From the NCBI GenBank assembly GCA_045634905.1, contig JAZRBC010000197.1, positions 1-61,560 on the forward strand: a stretch of 61,560 nucleotides of DNA. The letters are read 5' to 3'. The DNA is from Akkermansia sp. (GTDB lineage Bacteria; Verrucomicrobiota; Verrucomicrobiia; Verrucomicrobiales; Akkermansiaceae). A program made the position numbers and the translations under genes. Under the pieces are notes generated by a model. It was not told where the DNA came from and did no database searches. It saw only the letters and a list, made by a program, of their open reading frames with translations. This document shows, piece after piece, positions 28,511 through 38,899 of this stretch; the first letter of the stretch is position 1, and every line of letters begins with the position of its first letter.

Positions 28511-30592
28511 ATGGCAAATAATGATGACAAGAAAGCCCCTGTGCTTGACCTGATCGGGGGCAGCAAAAAGAAAAAAGCAGCAGCTCCCCAGGCTGCTCCT
28601 GCCAAAGCCACCCCGGCTCCGGCCAGCAAGAAGCAGGCGCCCTCCGCGCCCAGAAAGGAAGCGCTGGACCTGCTTTCTCCCAAAAAGCAGGCTCGCAAGC
28701 AGCCGGCTCCTGCAGCTCCGGCCCCGGCCCCTGCGCCTAAACCTGCACCCCAGCCCAAAGTGGAGCCCGCTCCCGCCCCTGCTCCGGCAGAAGCGGATGA
28801 AAGCAGCAAGGTGATGAACATCAAGGCCCCCATCTCCGTGGCCGACCTGGCTACGCTCATGGGTATGAAGCCTTTCAAACTGATTGCCGAACTCCTCCCC
28901 ATGGGTGTGTTTGCCAACCCCGGCACCACGCTCGATAGTGACCAGGTGGCCGCACTCTGCGAGAAACACGGGTTCACCTACGAACGCGTACGCCGCGAAA
29001 AAGGCGCAGGCGTGAAGGCTCCGGTGGAGGAAATCAAGGAACCCGAAGCCGTTGCTGTCGAGGAAGAACCCGAGGACGTTCTCAAGGTGCGCACGCCCAT
29101 CATCACTGTGATGGGTCATGTGGACCATGGCAAAACCTCCCTGCTCGACTATATCCGCCGCACCAAGGTGACAGCCGGTGAGGCCGGTGGCATTACCCAG
29201 CACATTGGTGCCTACACTGTGCAGCACGCCGATAACACGCTGACCTTCATCGACACCCCCGGCCACGCCATCTTCACTGAGATGCGAGCCCGCGGCGCGG
29301 ACGTGACCGATATCGTCGTGCTTGTAGTAGCTGCTAACGATGGTATCATGCCCCAGACCAAGGAAGCCATCATGCATGCCAAGGCTGCCGGCAAGACCAT
29401 CATCGTTGCCGTCAACAAGTGCGACCTGCCCACGGCTGACCCGATTCGCGTACGTACGCAGCTGATGGAAAATGACCTGATGCCCACTGATTTCGGCGGT
29501 GAAATCGAATGCGTGGATGTCTCTGCCCATACCGGTGCCGGCATTGATGACCTGCTCGACCTGCTCTGCCTGCAGGCCGAAGTTCTTGAGCTCAAGGCTA
29601 ATCCCCGCGCCAACTGCCGCGCCTCCATCATTGAGGCCCGTATGGAACAGGGCAAAGGCAGCTCCGCCACCGTTATCGTGCAGAGCGGCACCCTCAAGGT
29701 GGGTATGCCCTTCATCTGCGGTCCGTTCTCCGGCAAGGTGAAGACCCTGCTCGACGACCAGGGCAAACGCATCAAGAAGGTCACCCCCGGCATGCCTGCT
29801 GAAGTTTCCGGCTTCCTCGAAACCCCGAATGTGGGTGACGAACTGGTCGAAATGGAAAACGAGCGTGCAGCCCGCAAGCTCTCCGATGAGCGACAGGAAG
29901 AACTGCGCCAGCAGCGTCTGACAGCCCCCCGCCGTTCCCGCATGGAGGACATCCTCGCCATGATGGGCGATGGTGCCCAGAAGGCCGTGCTGAAGCTCTA
30001 TCTGAAGGGCGACGTTCAGGGCTCTGTGGAAGCCATCAAGAAGGCAATCATGGACATTGAGAGTGAAAAGGTGGAATGCCAGTTCATTGGTGCTGCTGCA
30101 GGCCCCATTTCCGAAAGCGATGTTCTGCTTGCCTCTTCCTCCGATGCCGTTATCCTCGGCTTCAATGTGAAGGTGGAAAGCAATGCCGTGAAGGCCGTGA
30201 AGCGCGAGGGCGTGCAGGTGAAGATTTACTCCATTGTGTACGAACTTATCGACCAGGTGAAGGACGCCATGCTCGGTCTGCTGGAACCCGAAACCCGCGA
30301 AACCGTCCTCGGTCACGCAGAAATCAAGCAGGTATTCAAGCTCAACAAGGGCAAGGCCGCCGGCTCCTTCGTGACGGATGGCAAGATGAACCGCACCGCC
30401 GAAGCCCGTGTGCTTCGCGATGGCCAGGTAGTGTTCGACGGCAAGATGTCTACCCTGCGCCGCTTCCAGGACGAAGTGGAGGAAGTCAAGGCTGGTCTGG
30501 AGTGCGGTATCCGCCTTGCAGACTACAACGACTACGAAGTGGGCGATATCATCGAGTGCTACTCCCTGGAAAAAATCAAACAGACATTGTAA
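28511..30592 (+). CDS. infB: Translation initiation factor IF-2
   Basis: [38 protein letters not shown]. Confidence 0.98.
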   Translation: MANNDDKKAPVLDLIGGSKKKKAAAPQAAPAKATPAPASKKQAPSAPRKEALDLLSPKKQARKQPAPAAPAPAPAPKPAPQPKVEPAPAPAPAEADESSKVMNIKAPISVADLATLMGMKPFKLIAELLPMGVFANPGTTLDSDQVAALCEKHGFTYERVRREKGAGVKAPVEEIKEPEAVAVEEEPEDVLKVRTPIITVMGHVDHGKTSLLDYIRRTKVTAGEAGGITQHIGAYTVQHADNTLTFIDTPGHAIFTEMRARGADVTDIVVLVVAANDGIMPQTKEAIMHAKAAGKTIIVAVNKCDLPTADPIRVRTQLMENDLMPTDFGGEIECVDVSAHTGAGIDDLLDLLCLQAEVLELKANPRANCRASIIEARMEQGKGSSATVIVQSGTLKVGMPFICGPFSGKVKTLLDDQGKRIKKVTPGMPAEVSGFLETPNVGDELVEMENERAARKLSDERQEELRQQRLTAPRRSRMEDILAMMGDGAQKAVLKLYLKGDVQGSVEAIKKAIMDIESEKVECQFIGAAAGPISESDVLLASSSDAVILGFNVKVESNAVKAVKREGVQVKIYSIVYELIDQVKDAMLGLLEPETRETVLGHAEIKQVFKLNKGKAAGSFVTDGKMNRTAEARVLRDGQVVFDGKMSTLRRFQDEVEEVKAGLECGIRLADYNDYEVGDIIECYSLEKIKQTL

Positions 30593-30598
30593 ACAATC

Positions 30599-30985
30599 AT
30601 GGCTACACGACGTCTTGACAAAGTGAATGAGTTGATGAAGCGGGAAATCGGTACCTTCATCCAGAAGGAATACGAATGGTCCGGCACCATCGTCTCAATC
30701 CTCGATGTCGAGATTACAGAAGACCTCAAGGAAGGTCGCGTGTGGGTGGGCGTTGTGGGCCGCATGGCCCCCGCCCAGGTGATTGATAAGCTCAACCGCA
30801 AGCGCGGCGAAATTCAGAAAGCCGTAAGCAAGCGGGTTGTGCTCCGCAACACACCCAAACTCACCTTCAAACACGACAACTCTGCGCAGCGCGGAGTAGA
30901 CCTCGTCAATCTTCTGGACGATATCGAAATGAATCTGCCCAAGGCACCCCCGCTGCCAGAGGGCGAAACCGACCCGGAAATCTAA
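30599..30985 (+). CDS. rbfA: Ribosome-binding factor A
   Basis: RRLDKVNELMKREI, DLKE, LRNTPKLTFKHD; follows infB. Confidence 0.95.
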   Translation: MATRRLDKVNELMKREIGTFIQKEYEWSGTIVSILDVEITEDLKEGRVWVGVVGRMAPAQVIDKLNRKRGEIQKAVSKRVVLRNTPKLTFKHDNSAQRGVDLVNLLDDIEMNLPKAPPLPEGETDPEI

Positions 30986-31010
30986 TCTTCCCCACCACCC
31001 ACTACCCCGA

Positions 31011-34000
31011 ATGGCAGGCACGCTCACCATCAGACGCGTTGGTCATATTCTTCCCATACTGTGTCTGGTGGTGCTGCTTCTGCTGATTGGCATCATCACG
31101 TGGCTGAGTACAGCAGGATTGCCGGATGCAGCTTTGCGGCGCATTGAGCAGGAAGTCACAAAAGCTACCGGACTCCCCATTCAGATTAGCAAAATCAAGT
31201 TATCCCCGCGTTCCGGTCTCAGTCTGAAAGCGGAGGACACCTGCCTCACCCTTCCTCAACAGGATGCCCCTGCTGCCACAATCTGGATTCGCAAAACGCA
31301 GGTTACCTTCAGTATAACCCGTCTCCTGTCCGGCGACTTCAGGCCGGCCCACCTGCAAGTTCTGCGCCTGAAGGCAGAACTGCCGCTGAGTGATGCCAGG
31401 AATGATTCCATCATCCTCAGCCCGCTGAATCTGTACATTAATCTTCCCGGCAGCAAGAGCGCAGTAAGAGCAGAACTCAACGCGCAGCTTCAGGGAATCT
31501 CGCTTCAGGGAAAACTCTCACTGGCATCTCTGCCGACTTTCTCTGACGCAGCGGACACGACCGATGCCGGAGATACAGACACACAGGAAACTCTGAAAGA
31601 AACGCTGGCGGAAATCCGCCCCTGGCTGCGGGATTTCAAGCAGCTGGTGGATAAACAGAAATGGGAACAGGCGCCGCCGCATCTCAATATCTCCGCCGCC
31701 TACAACCAGGAGTGGAAACTCTCACTCGAAGCGCAGGTTCCCAGCTGCATCCTCGGCAATTTTCATTTCACCGAGGCTCAGTTAAAATCCTCCTTTGAGA
31801 AAAGCGAGCTCCGGATTCACGACCTGAGTTTCCGTACTGTGTCCCCTGAATCGAGTGTGCAACTTCAGGCCAGCTACGATACTCGCTCCAGAGAGCTGTC
31901 CTTCGCCTCCACCAGCTCGGCCCCCTTTGTCCAGATTGTCAACGACTACTTCGAAGCAGAAGACCTGCCCATCATCAGCAATCTCCGCTCCAGAGAGGGC
32001 AACACCCCCAGAATCGAACTGAACGGCTCCGCGTCCTTCAGCGAGGATTTTGCGCTCAACAGCATTACGGTGCGAGGCCTGCTCGAACAGAAAGGCCTCG
32101 TATTCGGCAATGTCGAGGCGAACCACCTTCTTCTCACTTTCTTCCTGCGAGATGGCAGCTTTAATCTGGATCAATGCAGGATAGACTTTCCGAATGGCCA
32201 TCTTCAGGGCGCAGCGCAGGCCGCAAATGGCACCGGTCGCGCAGAGCTTCAGCTTTCCCTGCCAGCAGAAACCATACTGAATCTGGCACGCAACATCACA
32301 GGCGACTCCACCCTCTCCCTCCCCCATGGACTTTCATTCAACGGAAATCTGGAAGCTCACCTGGGGTGCGAAATGAAAACGCAACCGTTTGAGGCGGGCA
32401 AAAGCCGGCTTGAAGATCTGGTTCCCACGCTGAGCAATTGTGAGCTTCAATTCCGCACAGCGGATATCACGCTCCACGAAACACAGATTCTTTCACCCAG
32501 CCTGCACCTGAAACTCGCGGGCATTGATTACCAGGACGACTTCAACGTGGCACAGGCGAGTCTCAGAATCAAGGCCGAGTCTGCCCGGGAAAAAGAAGAA
32601 CAAATCGCGCTTGACCTGGTGAACCTTGACCTTCAGCTGGCTCAGATTCATGCAGACCGGGCATTAACCGCCCTGCAACTCGGCCGCACAGAGCTCAAGC
32701 TCCAGACAGGTGCCCTGCAGCTGCTCAACACCAGCCTGAACGACCTGGACCTGCATACCTGCATGGATAAGCTGGAGCTGCAGTTCGACCAACCGGTTGA
32801 AAGTCTTGCCACCTCTGCGCTTGACCTGCAGGCTGACCTGAAACGCCTGGAGGTGGACAAAACCTCCGCCGAAGGAATATCGCTCAAGGTCAATATTCCC
32901 ACAGGACTTGATGTCTCTGAAACCTGGCATAACATGCAGCATGATACCCATGCCCTCGCCACGATTCAGCGACTTTCCGGGGCAGATAATTTCAGCGCTA
33001 CCGATACGCGGTTGGAGCTCAGGAATAATGGACGGAATTCCATGCAGCTGCAGCTGACCAGCAATCTGGGGGAGAAACTGCTCGAACTCTGCACCTCTGC
33101 ACTACTCACAGAGAAGAATCTGCTTCAACTTTCCGGAATCAGGCTTCAACTGCCGGCCTCGGAACTCAGACCGCTGCTTGGCGGTGAACCTCTGCAGGAA
33201 CTCCGCCTGCCGAAGCAGTTGAATCTGCAGGGAGATGCACTCATCGACCCGGAATCCGGCAGAGTACTCAACAGCCATTTCAACCTTCAGGTTCCCGAAC
33301 TCGTGCGCGTGTGCAACAATGTCTTTGTGCACAAGGGAATGGAAATTCCCCTCAAACTGGATATCGCCGGCGACTTCGCCACCGCCGGGAACGGCGACAT
33401 GGTGTACCAGGCCGATATTACAGCCACACATGCAGATGGTACGCTGGATATCCATGTAACGGGCAACCCGCTGAAAGAATGCCGCATAACCGGCACAAAC
33501 ACTATCCCGGTCAGCACCGTCAATGCCTTGATTGACGATGCAGATGCCCACTGGATTATGCGAGACTTCCGCTGTGTTCCGGGCGTAACGCGCAATGTCA
33601 TCACCGACATCGACACCACCATCCGCTATGACCGGGGTATCTATGTACGCTCCCTGTGCAAAGCCAATTTGTACAACATGGACTTCCAGCTCGGTGCCAT
33701 CCGGGACAAAGAAGATGCTCAGGGTAACCCCACCGGCGAGGAATTCCTGCGAACAGACCTCGGTCGCGACCCCTTCACTCGCATCAAGGAAGGACGCTGC
33801 GATGTGGAAGTCATCGTGCAACTGGATTGCACGGATGCTGAAGGCAAAGCACTGGCCGATATCATCGATATCAACCTGCTCAACCCTGACCTTCTGTACG
33901 ATAACCGCCCCTGGCTCCGCCATGCAGGAATCAGGAAAGGCGCCGCTACCAGCCGGATAACGGGCGAAGCGGTCCGCTTTGATATTGAGAAGTGCATCAT

Positions 34001-35084
34001 CTCGCTGCACAAGCTGAAAGGCTCCTGCTACCCGGCATACGCCATCGGCATGTACTACGCACCTCTCCATGACTTTCTGGCAGATATCGTTCTGGAGAAG
34101 CCGGCCGATATTGAGACCGATTACTGCGTCTTCCCCATCTCCAGCTCGTGCGAAGTCCCCATGCAGGGACTCATCCGCGCGGCATCCTCACAAGGGGCCG
34201 GATTCAAATTCCTCGGCACCACCATTCCGCTGCGTAACTTCAGCGGATTCATCAACATCAGCGATTCGGACGTTTATCTTGACCGGCTCAACGCCCAGAG
34301 CTGGGGCGGTGTGTTGAATGGCGCTCTGCGCATCGGCTTTTCGGGGCCGCATACCACGCTCGATGGTTACTTTGCCGCGAATAACCTCAACCTCAAGGAT
34401 ATCGTTGCCTCATACGGAACGGAGTTCACCCCCGCCACCTGTAATGGTTTCATTCGTTTCCAGGCACCTAAGCCGGACCTGGATTCCATTCAGGCATATG
34501 GAGAAGTTCATCTGCAGGATGGTGATCTCATGGAAATGGCTCTTTTCCGCCCTATCGAAGCACTCATCACTGATATGCCGGCGCAACTGGAAAAGCTGCA
34601 GAACTCACTGCCCGGGGGCGAAAAAATCAAACTGCCCAGCTGGTCATCTGACTTCGTGGATTTTGTGTGGGATACCAGCGGGAAAGCAATCGGTTCAGTA
34701 GGCCGCTCAGCACTCCAACTACCGTTTGCGAACCATTTCCTGCGCTACGGCATCAAAGATGCGCACTCCCGTTTTGATATTGTGAAGGGGCATCTCATCA
34801 CTCGCAATATGAAAGCCAGCGGGTATAATCTGGACATAGGGGTCCAGCTTGATATTGACCTGAACACCCTGACCTTCCGCGGAGATTTGTGGCCCCATAT
34901 CTCCAGCGTGCCTACTGTACTCATCTCACCGGTCACACTGCTTTCCGATTTCCTCATTGATATTAACCTTTACGGAGACCTGCTCGACCCGCAATGGGAA
35001 TTCGGACTCAGCAAAAAACTGAAAAGTGACAAGAGCAGCCTGAGCTCTGAACCGCAGGAAACTGCACCCCCCAGTAAGCAATAA
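31011..35084 (+). CDS. Large AsmA-like (YhdP/TamB-type) periplasm-spanning protein
   Basis: 1357 aa, N-terminal TM anchor, amphipathic beta pattern throughout, C-terminal INLYGDLLDPQW resembling AsmA C-termini. Confidence 0.7.
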   Translation: MAGTLTIRRVGHILPILCLVVLLLLIGIITWLSTAGLPDAALRRIEQEVTKATGLPIQISKIKLSPRSGLSLKAEDTCLTLPQQDAPAATIWIRKTQVTFSITRLLSGDFRPAHLQVLRLKAELPLSDARNDSIILSPLNLYINLPGSKSAVRAELNAQLQGISLQGKLSLASLPTFSDAADTTDAGDTDTQETLKETLAEIRPWLRDFKQLVDKQKWEQAPPHLNISAAYNQEWKLSLEAQVPSCILGNFHFTEAQLKSSFEKSELRIHDLSFRTVSPESSVQLQASYDTRSRELSFASTSSAPFVQIVNDYFEAEDLPIISNLRSREGNTPRIELNGSASFSEDFALNSITVRGLLEQKGLVFGNVEANHLLLTFFLRDGSFNLDQCRIDFPNGHLQGAAQAANGTGRAELQLSLPAETILNLARNITGDSTLSLPHGLSFNGNLEAHLGCEMKTQPFEAGKSRLEDLVPTLSNCELQFRTADITLHETQILSPSLHLKLAGIDYQDDFNVAQASLRIKAESAREKEEQIALDLVNLDLQLAQIHADRALTALQLGRTELKLQTGALQLLNTSLNDLDLHTCMDKLELQFDQPVESLATSALDLQADLKRLEVDKTSAEGISLKVNIPTGLDVSETWHNMQHDTHALATIQRLSGADNFSATDTRLELRNNGRNSMQLQLTSNLGEKLLELCTSALLTEKNLLQLSGIRLQLPASELRPLLGGEPLQELRLPKQLNLQGDALIDPESGRVLNSHFNLQVPELVRVCNNVFVHKGMEIPLKLDIAGDFATAGNGDMVYQADITATHADGTLDIHVTGNPLKECRITGTNTIPVSTVNALIDDADAHWIMRDFRCVPGVTRNVITDIDTTIRYDRGIYVRSLCKANLYNMDFQLGAIRDKEDAQGNPTGEEFLRTDLGRDPFTRIKEGRCDVEVIVQLDCTDAEGKALADIIDINLLNPDLLYDNRPWLRHAGIRKGAATSRITGEAVRFDIEKCIISLHKLKGSCYPAYAIGMYYAPLHDFLADIVLEKPADIETDYCVFPISSSCEVPMQGLIRAASSQGAGFKFLGTTIPLRNFSGFINISDSDVYLDRLNAQSWGGVLNGALRIGFSGPHTTLDGYFAANNLNLKDIVASYGTEFTPATCNGFIRFQAPKPDLDSIQAYGEVHLQDGDLMEMALFRPIEALITDMPAQLEKLQNSLPGGEKIKLPSWSSDFVDFVWDTSGKAIGSVGRSALQLPFANHFLRYGIKDAHSRFDIVKGHLITRNMKASGYNLDIGVQLDIDLNTLTFRGDLWPHISSVPTVLISPVTLLSDFLIDINLYGDLLDPQWEFGLSKKLKSDKSSLSSEPQETAPPSKQ

Positions 35085-35102
35085 CCCTGAGCTTCTTCCG
35101 CC

Positions 35103-36506
35103 ATGGACCAGCACCTGCTGCTGACCGCGCTTCTGTTTCTCCTGCATGCCACAGGCGCAGGTCTGGCGCTGCATGCCCTCTGCCGTCCGCACTCGCCACA
35201 GGGCACTATTGCATGGATGCTGGCTCTGCTGCTGCTGCCTTCGGCAAGTATTCCGCTTTATCTGGTGCTGGGCGCAGCACGCATCCGCCGCCACACCACC
35301 AGCAGGCACAGCAGAGGAATACTGCAAAGAGCTCTGCGCGACTCCGGAGCCTGGCAGCCCCCTTCCACCCTGCTGAGCAACACCATTGCTCACTGCACAG
35401 GCTATGCCCCCTGCTCCGGCAACAGCGTGAAGCTCCTGCAGGATGGGAATGATACATACCGCAATCTGCTTCAGGCCATACGGCGGGCACAGCGCAGTAT
35501 CCTGATTGAGTTCTTCATCATCCGTAACGACATAGTCGGCAACACTCTCCGCAAAGTGCTCGAAGAACAGGCTCGGGCTGGAGTTCAGGTCTACATCATA
35601 TACGACGAAATCGGCTCCCACAAACTCCCCGCCGGTTACCTGCGAGCATTGAAAAAGGCCGGGGCCCGTATTGCATCATTCAACGGTAGGAGATTCTGGC
35701 TGAGCTCCATTCTCCGCATCAACTACCGCAACCACAGAAAACTGGTCGTCATCGATTCAGAACTCGCCTATCTGGGCAGTCTCAACATCGGACTCGAATA
35801 TACACAGGCACCCGGCCGGCTCTACTGGCGTGATACCTTTGTTTCACTCCGGGGGCCTGTGGTCAATCAATGTCTCCTGAGTTTCCACGATGACTGGCAC
35901 CGGGCCACCGGCAGCAGTCTGCTGCACCTGCTCCAGCCCCAGAAGCAGAGCGGACAGAACTGCTGCCAGCTTATTCCCAGTGGACCGGATGACGGGCCGA
36001 TGAATACCTGGCAGCTCACTATCATGGAGCTGGCCGGCTCTGCCCGCCACCGGCTCTGGCTTGCCAGCCCGTATTTTGTTCCGAATGCCGCGGTATTTCA
36101 CGCGCTGCAGGCGGCAGCACTGCGCGGGGTGGATGTCCGGGTACTTATTCCCCGCAAGGGCGATAACCGTGCGGCCCAACTGGCTATGCTCACTTTTCTC
36201 CCCGGCATGCTGGCTGCAGGGGTACGTATGCTGGCCTATGAAAAAGGATTCCTGCACGAAAAAATCTGTGTGGCCGATTCAGCCACCAGCTGCCTGGGTA
36301 CGGCCAACCTGGATGAACGCTCCCTGGGACTGAACTACGAACTCACCCTCCTTATGGAGGATGAACAGACCACCGCAGAAGTTGCACACATGCTCAGCCT
36401 CGACATGGAACAGGCTACTCCCTTTACCCACGCCGACTGGTATAAAGTCTCCGTACTCACCAGGCTTCTGGCCAACTGCTGCAGGCTCCTTTCTCCGGCA
36501 TTATAA
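35103..36506 (+). CDS. cls: Cardiolipin synthase (PLD family)
   Basis: Two N-terminal TMs with IAWML, two HKD motifs (HRKLVVID, HEKICVAD), SGPD, SPYFVP. Confidence 0.9.
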   Translation: MDQHLLLTALLFLLHATGAGLALHALCRPHSPQGTIAWMLALLLLPSASIPLYLVLGAARIRRHTTSRHSRGILQRALRDSGAWQPPSTLLSNTIAHCTGYAPCSGNSVKLLQDGNDTYRNLLQAIRRAQRSILIEFFIIRNDIVGNTLRKVLEEQARAGVQVYIIYDEIGSHKLPAGYLRALKKAGARIASFNGRRFWLSSILRINYRNHRKLVVIDSELAYLGSLNIGLEYTQAPGRLYWRDTFVSLRGPVVNQCLLSFHDDWHRATGSSLLHLLQPQKQSGQNCCQLIPSGPDDGPMNTWQLTIMELAGSARHRLWLASPYFVPNAAVFHALQAAALRGVDVRVLIPRKGDNRAAQLAMLTFLPGMLAAGVRMLAYEKGFLHEKICVADSATSCLGTANLDERSLGLNYELTLLMEDEQTTAEVAHMLSLDMEQATPFTHADWYKVSVLTRLLANCCRLLSPAL

Positions 36507-36542
36507 AGCACGCGCGATTTCCCTCAGGAAACCGCGCGCTTT
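36505..36542. terminator. Probable bidirectional terminator between convergent genes
   Basis: cgcgcgatttcc-ctca-ggaaaccgcgcg flanked by aaag/cttt. Confidence 0.55.
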
Positions 36543-36572
36543 CAGAACAGAATAATCTTCCGGCAGCAGCTC

Positions 36573-37028
36573 TTAACCGCGACGGCGGCGAGACGTGGTC
36601 TTCTTCTTCGCCACGGCGCGCTTACGCGTGGTGGTCTTCTTCTTGGCAACCGCGCGCTTGCGAGAGCTTGTCGTCTTGCGGCTGCTGGCTACCTTGCGGT
36701 TGCTGCGGGCGGAGCTGCGGCGAGCCACCGAACTGCGGCGCTGCACACTCTTGCTGGAACGCGCCACAGCAGAACGAGGCACGTAGGCAGGCACCGGAGT
36801 GCGGGATGTGCGGATTGCCGCGGCCAGAGCCTTGCGCTGGTCATCGGCGCTGTAATTGCGACCCTGCTGGTCGGCAAAATACTTCCGGTAGGCCGGGTCA
36901 ACCTGGTTGATATTGGTGACCGCGTCCGGGAAGTTGTAGTACTTCATATCGGCCCCGCTCTGGCAGGCTGTCAGCAGACATGCCAGCATGGCGAGAAGAC
37001 CAAGAATGAATGAACGAGAACTGGACAT
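36573..37028 (-). CDS. Lipoprotein with Arg/Lys/Ser-rich histone-like C-terminal tail
   Basis: Lipobox LTAC; tail with repeated RKRAVAKKKTT; alternative starts 37085/37091. Confidence 0.75.
   Translation of the reverse strand: MSSSRSFILGLLAMLACLLTACQSGADMKYYNFPDAVTNINQVDPAYRKYFADQQGRNYSADDQRKALAAAIRTSRTPVPAYVPRSAVARSSKSVQRRSSVARRSSARSNRKVASSRKTTSSRKRAVAKKKTTTRKRAVAKKKTTSRRRRG
36595..36662 (-). repeat. Imperfect 36-bp tandem duplication encoding RKRAVAKKKTT twice
   Basis: gtggtcttcttctt recurs at 36-bp spacing with synonymous divergence. Confidence 0.75.
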
Positions 37029-37214
37029 AACAACACGAGGGGAAATCTTTGAAATGGCAGGCTGAACCGGCAGTACATTCTGCATGACCACCTATCCCGC
37101 CACACCTATACTATCACAATTACCGCACCGCTGACAATATTAAACTTTTCTTTACAATCATTTTTTATCTGTATGACTTGATTTTTCTTCAAAACCCGTT
37201 AAAATAGCCCCTCT

Positions 37215-37790
37215 ATGAGCCCTGATAAAGCAGATTTCCGTGAATCATTGTGCCAGGCCTTGCATCTTTTTGCTCAAAAACATCCTGAACAGAAAATAAC
37301 AGCCGACAAGATGCTGAACTTTGTACGCAGCACACCGGAATGCTTTCAGCGAAGCAACCGCGAGGGACACATGACAGGCTCTGCCTGGTTGCTGAATCCA
37401 ACCGGCAGCAAAGCCCTGCTCACCCTGCACCACAAGCTGGGCCGTTGGATGCAGACCGGTGGCCACGCAGACGGAGATGCGGATTTACTTCGCGTAGCGC
37501 TCAGAGAAGCAGCGGAAGAAAGCGGCATAGATGGCATTACCCCGGTCAGCACAGAAATCTTCGATATTGACATCCACCGCATCCCCGCCAATCTGCAGAA
37601 AGGGGAACCCGAACACTACCACTACGATGTGCGTTTTCTTCTGCGCGCACCACACGAGCATTTCACCGTTTCCCCGGAATCAGATGCTCTGGCCTGGTGG
37701 GGAGAAGAGGATTTCCGCGCACGTGCGGCGGAGCTGGACTCCTCTGTATTGCGCATGGCCGCGCTTGCTCCCGGACTGGCCGGAGAATAA
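37215..37790 (+). CDS. NUDIX hydrolase
   Basis: GHMTGSAW, WMQTGGHADG...REAAEESG, FDIDIH, HYHYDVRF. Confidence 0.92.
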   Translation: MSPDKADFRESLCQALHLFAQKHPEQKITADKMLNFVRSTPECFQRSNREGHMTGSAWLLNPTGSKALLTLHHKLGRWMQTGGHADGDADLLRVALREAAEESGIDGITPVSTEIFDIDIHRIPANLQKGEPEHYHYDVRFLLRAPHEHFTVSPESDALAWWGEEDFRARAAELDSSVLRMAALAPGLAGE

Positions 37791-37818
37791 TCAGTTGGAA
37801 AAAGGAGAGAGAATCCGC

Positions 37819-37847
37819 TTGCCAAAAGTTGCGCATTCGTGTATAAT
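37819..37847 (+). promoter_or_regulatory. Promoter of purM-purF
   Basis: TTGCCA-17-TATAAT followed by GC-rich discriminator. Confidence 0.75.
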
Positions 37848-37876
37848 GCGCGCGCATCCAAGCGATGATTCAAGCT

Positions 37877-38875
37877 ATGTCCGGCAATCTCACTTACAAG
37901 CAGTCCGGCGTCGACACTATTGAGGCGCAGTCTTTTGTTTCTGATATCAGCTCCCACGTGAAGCGCACACAGAAAAACCGTCAGCTCTGCAATGCTTTCG
38001 GTCTTTTTGCCGCCGCTTACGACCTGTCCTCCTACAAGGAGCCGGTGATTGTGACCGGTACGGACGGCGTAGGCACCAAGACGGAGATTCTCTTCGACAT
38101 GGACATGCTGGAAACAGCCGGCAAGGACCTGGTGGCCATGAACGTGAACGACCTGCTCACCACCGGTGGTGACCCGCTCATGTTCCTCGACTACCTCGGC
38201 ATCTCCAATCTGGAAGTCGAGCGTCCCCGCATCACCCGCCTTGTAGCCGGCATGTGCGATTACCTGGAAAGCTGCAACTGCATTCTTGCCGGTGGCGAAA
38301 CCGCCGAAATGCCCGGCGTTGTACCCGAAGGGCTGGTGGAACTCGCCGGCTTCAGCATCGGCTGCGTGGAAAAGAGCGAGATGATTGACCCCAGCCAGGT
38401 TGCTGTGGGCGATATTCTCATCGGTTACCCCAGCGATGGCTTCCACGCCAACGGCTGGAGCCTCGTGCGCCGCGTGCTGGCTCAGAACCCCGACCTGCTC
38501 ACCAAGGAAGAGCTGCGCGACCTGCTGGCCCCCACCCGCCTGTACCACGACGTGGTGTACGATATGCGCAAGCTCGGCATCACCCCAAAGGCCTACGCCC
38601 ACATCACCGGCGGTGGTCTGCCCGAAAACCTGGAGCGCTTCCTCGGCGAGAAGGGTGCTGACCTCGAAATCCCCTACTGGGACAACGCCCCCGTTCAGAA
38701 GGTTCTGAAGTTTGTGGACGCTGAAGACCGTTTCCACACCTTCAACATGGGCATCGGCTGGGTTGCCATCGTCTCCCCCGACCAGGTCGAGCAGGCCCTC
38801 ACCGCCGGCCCCGGCGGCACCGTCATCGGCACGATGCGCGAGGGCAAGGGCATCAAGGTGAGCGTCCGCAAGTAA
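37877..38875 (+). CDS. purM: Phosphoribosylaminoimidazole synthetase
   Basis: YKQSGVD, TDGVGTK, DLVAMNVND, GGETAEMPG, HITGGG, TFNMGIG. Confidence 0.97.
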   Translation: MSGNLTYKQSGVDTIEAQSFVSDISSHVKRTQKNRQLCNAFGLFAAAYDLSSYKEPVIVTGTDGVGTKTEILFDMDMLETAGKDLVAMNVNDLLTTGGDPLMFLDYLGISNLEVERPRITRLVAGMCDYLESCNCILAGGETAEMPGVVPEGLVELAGFSIGCVEKSEMIDPSQVAVGDILIGYPSDGFHANGWSLVRRVLAQNPDLLTKEELRDLLAPTRLYHDVVYDMRKLGITPKAYAHITGGGLPENLERFLGEKGADLEIPYWDNAPVQKVLKFVDAEDRFHTFNMGIGWVAIVSPDQVEQALTAGPGGTVIGTMREGKGIKVSVRK

Positions 38876-38899
38876 CCGTACCGGAAAGGAGACACACAC

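Noticed and set aside
28560-28800. Repetitive Pro/Ala/Lys-coding DNA at the start of infB
   Set aside because: Ordinary low-complexity IF-2 N-terminal linker, not a repeat element
27157-30316. Long minus-strand ORFs (606 and 623 aa); similar ones at 37622, 39176, 52605 and 58387
   Set aside because: Stop-poor antisense frames of strongly codon-biased genes with no recognisable motifs
38873-38899. purM stop is in frame with purF, suggesting a readthrough fusion
   Set aside because: One-in-three chance, TAA stop, and purF has its own SD-like aaaggaga
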